The notes below the pieces were generated by a model. That model was given only the letters and a program-made list of their open reading frames with translations. It was not told the DNA's origin and did not search any database. Position numbers and translations under genes: made by a program. Below, one piece after another: positions 59,138-63,691 of a stretch of DNA of 63,691 nucleotides. The DNA lies in assembly GCA_038816475.1 (NCBI GenBank), contig JAWBAI010000009.1:1-63691 (forward strand). The letters are read 5' to 3'. Origin of the DNA: Desulfurococcaceae archaeon (GTDB taxonomy: Archaea; Thermoproteota; Thermoprotei_A; Sulfolobales; Desulfurococcaceae). Within the stretch, counting starts at the first letter, position 1; the number at the start of each line of letters is the position of its first letter.

Positions 59138-60181
59138 CTAAAGCCCTACGGCTTCTCTACCCAGTTTATCAATGAGCATTTGAACGCATTCAAGCGTTCC
59201 GCAGAATACTCCAACGTTACCTATCTTCACGTGATTCAGCTTAAACCTCAGCATCCTGTACCCAGCTACAATTTCGTCTACCGTGGGAGACCTGTAGTTT
59301 GCGAGCTTGTACTCGGGGAAGAACGCAAGTAGTATAACGGGTATATCTGGGTCAACGGATGCGATGTGCTCTGCGAACTTAGACAGCTGATCCACTTCTA
59401 CGAGTCCTGGTATGTAGAGTAGTACTACCTCGAGAACAAGCCCCATGTCGTGCAATACAGCGGGTAGTTCGAGCACGCGCTTGTTGCTTGTTCCACAGAG
59501 AAACCTGTAGGTGTCCTCCTTGTAGGCTTTCATGTCCAACCACACTGAGTCTAAACCGGTTTCGTAGAGAACCTCTAGGTTTCTTGGTGTTAAACCATAG
59601 CCGTTTGTTTCAATGTGTATCCACAAGTCAGGAGCCTCCCGCTTGATAAGCCTGAAGGCTTTAGCGTAGAATGCCGGCTGGCAGTAGAGGTCTCCACCCG
59701 TGAAGGAAACTATGTTGCGTGCTGGACCATAACCCTGAGGTGACCACAGAACCTGCTCTGGCTTCAGCTTACCGGGGCAGAAGAACCCTCTAGTACCCGT
59801 TAGTACGCATGAACCGCAGTGCGCACAGAGATCCGATGCATGCCACATTGTTGCTCTACTACGAGGCTCCCACATGGTTATCTGCTTCCTGTACTCGAGG
59901 ACTATCTTCACGATGTCTTCGGGCGTTATCCAAGAGCCCTTAGCGTACTGAGCGAAGTACCAGCTGTGGCACTTGAGGCAGTTGTGGTTGCACCCACTCT
60001 GGTATATCGATAGGTAGTCCTCGGGCCTGGAGAGCACCGCGTCGAATACTAGCCTCTGTATTCTCCCACCCTGGATCCTCAGGCCAGCTCTGCAGGGTTG
60101 AAACGGTCTACCGTTCACGTAGGTGAAGCAGTTGCAGGGCTCATATCCCTGGTTCTTCAGAGTGCATGCGAGACTGTGCAT
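59138..60181 (-). CDS. Radical SAM protein (PflA-activase-like)
   Basis: CNHNCLKC, FTGG, ETNG, DMKA; extra CAHCGSC...C insert. Confidence 0.9.
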   Translation of the reverse strand: MHSLACTLKNQGYEPCNCFTYVNGRPFQPCRAGLRIQGGRIQRLVFDAVLSRPEDYLSIYQSGCNHNCLKCHSWYFAQYAKGSWITPEDIVKIVLEYRKQITMWEPRSRATMWHASDLCAHCGSCVLTGTRGFFCPGKLKPEQVLWSPQGYGPARNIVSFTGGDLYCQPAFYAKAFRLIKREAPDLWIHIETNGYGLTPRNLEVLYETGLDSVWLDMKAYKEDTYRFLCGTSNKRVLELPAVLHDMGLVLEVVLLYIPGLVEVDQLSKFAEHIASVDPDIPVILLAFFPEYKLANYRSPTVDEIVAGYRMLRFKLNHVKIGNVGVFCGTLECVQMLIDKLGREAVGL

Positions 60182-60334
60182 TACACCACCAAAACCTTTA
60201 CCCAGGTTTCTGGTTGAGCTACAGGATTATTAGCTGATTGCCAAAACCTGCACCTAGCCGGGGGATTCGTAAGGTTTTTTACGGTTTAACGATAACACGG
60301 TTATTGAGGAAAACATAGCAGGCGTGCTTACGAA

Positions 60335-61039
60335 ATGAGCGTACTTGAAGTAGCTGATTTAACAGTTGCTTACGGAGGTAGGGAAGCGGTCAGCAACACT
60401 AGCTTTGAACTCAACGAAGGAGACCTATTCTTCCTGCTTGGACCCAACGGTAGTGGCAAGTCCACTTTGCTCAGAGCTATTGTGGGATACCCGGGGCTCG
60501 AGGTGTTGTCTGGGAAGATAGTGTTCGAGGGTGTGGACATCACGCGTGAACCCATGGAGGAGAGAGTTGCACGTGGCTTAACGATAGCTCATCAAATACC
60601 ACCGAGGCTAACGGGCGTTAAATGCAGACAGCTGCTTGAGGCTCTCTGCAGGAAAAGCAAGTGTGATCCCTACGAGATAGCTAACGACCTGGAGATAAAT
60701 CACTTGCTTGAAAGAGACTTCGGCAAGGGGTTCTCCGGTGGTGAGCTCAAGAGAGCTGAGATAGCAATGCTACTAGCTCAGAAGCCCAAGCTACCCCTCA
60801 TAGATGAACCAGACAGCGGTGTTGACGTTGACTCGATAGCTGTTATTGCTAAGGCTATCAGGAGGATCGTGGATGAAGCACCCTACAAGTCGGCGATCAT
60901 AGTAACGCACTCGGCTCTGATCGCTAGGTACATTCAGCCAACGAAGGTCTGCGTTATGATCAAGGGTTCCATCAGGCTCTGCGGTGGGAGAGAAATAGTG
61001 GACGAGGTGTTCAGCCATGGCTTCAGAGAGCTGGCTTAG
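60335..61039 (+). CDS. sufC: Fe-S assembly ATPase SufC
   Basis: GPNGSGKS, GFSGGELKR, DEPDSGVD. Confidence 0.92.
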   Translation: MSVLEVADLTVAYGGREAVSNTSFELNEGDLFFLLGPNGSGKSTLLRAIVGYPGLEVLSGKIVFEGVDITREPMEERVARGLTIAHQIPPRLTGVKCRQLLEALCRKSKCDPYEIANDLEINHLLERDFGKGFSGGELKRAEIAMLLAQKPKLPLIDEPDSGVDVDSIAVIAKAIRRIVDEAPYKSAIIVTHSALIARYIQPTKVCVMIKGSIRLCGGREIVDEVFSHGFRELA

Positions 61040-62216
61040 AGAAGTGCGCAATAGGGCTAAAGCAGCTCTCAGTAAGCCTTCACCATACGGAAGAGACGTG
61101 GATGTAACGCGGTACGTGGAGTACGTGGCTGGAAAAGAGCCTAAGCTCATCGAGGAGAGAGCTCGCGAGGTTGGTGTTGACTTCTCGGCTAAAGCTATTT
61201 ACACGCAGGTGGATCAAGCCTACTTCAGGTACTTGAGCCGAATACCTGGTATCGAGGTTAAAAGCATTGAGGACTTCATCGAGGAGAACCCGGATATAGC
61301 TAGAGACTACGTGTGGAAGCTCCTGGACCCGGCACTCGACAAGTACACGGCTGTAGCAGCTTTGAAGGGCCGCGGAGGATTCTTCATCAGGGTTAAGGAG
61401 AACACTAGGGTCGACGATCCGGTTATGACGTGTATGTTCATGAGCGTTGGTGGACTGCAGGCGCCACACAACGTTATTGTTCTCGAGAAGGGCTCACAGG
61501 TGACTGTGTACACTGGTTGCACCATAGCACCAGAGTCCTTTGGGCTTCACGTGGGGTTGTCTGAGTTCTACGTTGGCGAGAAAGCAGAGCTAAGGTACGT
61601 CATGGTTCACGCGTGGAACAACGTAACTCACGTTAGGCCCAGAACGGTTGTTCACGTAGCCGAGGAGGGCAAGTACATCTCCTACTACGTGAACATGAGT
61701 AGAGTTAGAACACTTCAAACATACCCAAAGGTTATCCAGGAGAGTAACACCTACGCTCTGCAAGCCTCGGTGCTACTGGGTCTTGGTGATAGCGAGCAGG
61801 ATGTTGGTGGTATGAGCGTGTTGAGAGGGCATGAGTCCCGCTCCGAGATAGTATCCAGGATAGTCGCCAGAGATGAGTCTAGAGTTGTATCGAGAGCAAG
61901 GATCACAACAGGTGTGAACGTAGCTGCGAGAGGTCACATTGAGTGCAGAGGAATGCTTCTCTCCGATAGAGCAGTAGTTGAGACCATACCTGAGCTAGAA
62001 GCACTATCACCAAACGCTGTACTAACGCACGAAGCATCCATAGGCAAACTGGCAGAGGACGAAATAAACTACCTTGTAACGAGAGGGTTCAAGAGAGATG
62101 AAGCCGTGGGAATACTGATAAGAGGCTTTGTAAGCATAGACGTAAAGAACATACCCGAAAGAGTGAAAAAACACATAGAAACACTCGAGAGAATAGTAGC
62201 TGAGAAAGCACTGTAA
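61017..62216 (+). CDS. sufB: Fe-S assembly scaffold SufB/SufD family
   Basis: TGCT, GHIECRG, IPEL, HEASIG, YLVTRG. Confidence 0.9.
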   Translation: MASESWLREVRNRAKAALSKPSPYGRDVDVTRYVEYVAGKEPKLIEERAREVGVDFSAKAIYTQVDQAYFRYLSRIPGIEVKSIEDFIEENPDIARDYVWKLLDPALDKYTAVAALKGRGGFFIRVKENTRVDDPVMTCMFMSVGGLQAPHNVIVLEKGSQVTVYTGCTIAPESFGLHVGLSEFYVGEKAELRYVMVHAWNNVTHVRPRTVVHVAEEGKYISYYVNMSRVRTLQTYPKVIQESNTYALQASVLLGLGDSEQDVGGMSVLRGHESRSEIVSRIVARDESRVVSRARITTGVNVAARGHIECRGMLLSDRAVVETIPELEALSPNAVLTHEASIGKLAEDEINYLVTRGFKRDEAVGILIRGFVSIDVKNIPERVKKHIETLERIVAEKAL

Positions 62217-62391
62217 GCGCCCTCCAGCAGAACGTTCTTTCCAAACAAAATGCTACTTCTTTACTAGCTTGTATACCCTTGGCAGAGCAAGCTCTTCTCT
62301 CAGCTATCATACATAAAACATCTGCAAAACGATGAAAGCGCAGTTTATAACCTCTACTCAGGGTCTTATCGTTCTCAACTAGTCATCGAAT

Positions 62392-62907
62392 CTAGATGCT
62401 TTGCAATCCCAGTTTTCTAGCTTTCTCGTAGAGCTCTCTGTACCACTCAGCAAGCCTTAGCTTACCTGGATCTACTAATCTGTCCGGTGTGTAGGGTCTT
62501 ATGTCCAGCACGGGTGTTCCATCGTACAGGTCCAGTCCTTTAACGTAGAGCTTATTACCCTCGACCCTCACGAGCTCAGCTATTGTTACAGCAATGGGGT
62601 TTGGTCTGTGGGGGGAATCTAGAGCGAAGACTCCGACCTCGGGTAGCTCCTCGAGCTTGAAGCCGAACCTCGTTAGCCTCCTCGGTTTGGCTTTGAGTGT
62701 TCTGCGGGCTTCTTCGGGGACCCTGTGGAGATACGCTACTATTAAAACGTGCGAGAAGCCTTCAAGACCCTTTAAGCCTTCTGCGTACTCCTCGAGCACC
62801 TCCACGAACCCCTCAACACCGTGAGGCCACGCGCTTCTGACTTCATCATCTCTAAACACTGTTCTCACGTAGCCGATCGGCTTAAAGCATACGGAGCAGC
62901 TGCTCAT
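62392..62907 (-). CDS. trmO: TrmO/TsaA (YaeB) tRNA methyltransferase
   Basis: GLEGFSH, GVFALDSPHRPNPI, GTPVLDIRPY. Confidence 0.9.
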   Translation of the reverse strand: MSSCSVCFKPIGYVRTVFRDDEVRSAWPHGVEGFVEVLEEYAEGLKGLEGFSHVLIVAYLHRVPEEARRTLKAKPRRLTRFGFKLEELPEVGVFALDSPHRPNPIAVTIAELVRVEGNKLYVKGLDLYDGTPVLDIRPYTPDRLVDPGKLRLAEWYRELYEKARKLGLQSI

Positions 62908-63030
62908 GCTCGTTCACCGCTTCCTCGTGTGATCTGCTGACATCTCTCACTATTATCTATTCCCAGCTTAGTGCTCCAGCTGACCAGGTGGTACTTCGTT
63001 TTTAATCCTCGAGTGAGATTACTGCCTAGG

Positions 63031-63420
63031 GTGCTTGAAGTGCTTGCTGCGCGCTTCACGAGGATTCCAGAGGGTGGTGATGTCCACGGATTCCTAAGGG
63101 ACTTCATAGTTCGAAACAAGCTTAGGAGTGGTTTGATCATTGGTATTGGTGGACTAGAGTACGCTGAGGTAGGGTATTTCAATCCGGTGACAAAGTCCTA
63201 CAGCTCGGTTGTGGTTAAAGCGGATGATATAGTTGTTGAGGTTGGTTCACTGCTCGGTAACTACGTTGTTGATGAGAACGGGAACGTTAGAATACACGTA
63301 CACGTATCATTATCAAAGCCCGGTGAAACCTACTCAGGACACCTGATCAAGGGTGTTGCGAAGCCTTTTCTCGAGGTGTATCTACTCGAAGCCGAGAATG
63401 CTATGGAAGCTCAACAATAG
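63031..63420 (+). CDS. PPC/DUF296 domain protein
   Basis: GIGG, LLGN, HVHVSL, SGHL; start uncertain. Confidence 0.85.
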   Translation: MLEVLAARFTRIPEGGDVHGFLRDFIVRNKLRSGLIIGIGGLEYAEVGYFNPVTKSYSSVVVKADDIVVEVGSLLGNYVVDENGNVRIHVHVSLSKPGETYSGHLIKGVAKPFLEVYLLEAENAMEAQQ

Positions 63421-63524
63421 GTCGGCAGCTAATCCCGAAGGTATTTGAAGACTGTGTCTTCTGTAAAAGTTTTTAAGCTGTTTTAGCTACTATAGATACT
63501 TGGAATCAATAGAGGTACTAGATA

Positions 63525-63691
63525 GTGTCCGAGAGGCTCTATAGAACTAGTGAGGTTGCTGAGTTACTGAACATTAGTGTTTCTACTGTTAAAAAGTGGA
63601 TAAAGCAGGGTAGACTACATGCTCTCAGAGTTGGAAAGCTGTGGATGATCCCTGAGAGCGAAGTCAGGAGGATTCTGAGTGGTGTTGAGAG
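63525..63691 (+). CDS. MerR/excisionase-type HTH N-terminus, probably IS607 TnpA serine recombinase (3'-truncated by window edge)
   Basis: MSERLYRTSEVAELLNISVSTVKKWIKQGRLHALRVGKLWMIPESEVRRIL; absent from the ORF track. Confidence 0.65.
   Translation, partial: MSERLYRTSEVAELLNISVSTVKKWIKQGRLHALRVGKLWMIPESEVRRILSGVE

Noticed and set aside
508-63182. Numerous 60-170 aa antisense or overlapping ORFs in the track
   Set aside because: Shadows of well-supported genes on the other strand or frame, without motifs
1-63691. CRISPR arrays, cas genes, tRNA/rRNA, integrase or viral structural genes
   Set aside because: None recognised on reading; tRNAscan-SE and a CRISPR finder would be needed to exclude them formally

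Overview
Gene-dense archaeal chromosomal segment. Gene content (TldD/TldE, single-domain KaiC plus partner, tungsten AOR, GH57/glycogen cluster, membrane-anchored GH13 pullulanase, SufCB) and GGTG ribosome-binding sites suggest a hyperthermophilic crenarchaeon, probably Desulfurococcaceae-like; this is inference, not a database result. Most of the window is housekeeping or transport. Both window ends fall inside IS200/605/607-type elements: a tnpB 3' end on the left and a probable IS607 tnpA 5' end on the right. Most notable: (1) the TnpB has Gln at the RuvC-III Asp position, and a 278-bp TIR-bounded mini-copy 40 kb away keeps a TATA box and the omegaRNA-like 3' region but not the ORF; (2) a degenerate, ATPase-dead MCM-like gene sits divergently from a putative Zn-dependent hydrolase, next to KaiC; (3) an apparently AT-richer six-gene island (FGGY kinase, APC permease, metallophosphoesterase, AbiEii/MenT-like nucleotidyltransferase, HTH-PRTase regulator, class-III PLP enzyme) looks like an uncharacterised pathway. 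Also found: decayed genes missed by the ORF track (vapBC, M20 peptidase, beta-CASP fragment), other pseudogenes (yfcC, DUF401), a C/D-box sRNA candidate and a dispersed TGATCA-rich repeat. No tRNA, rRNA or CRISPR array was seen. All family assignments are from motif recognition by eye.
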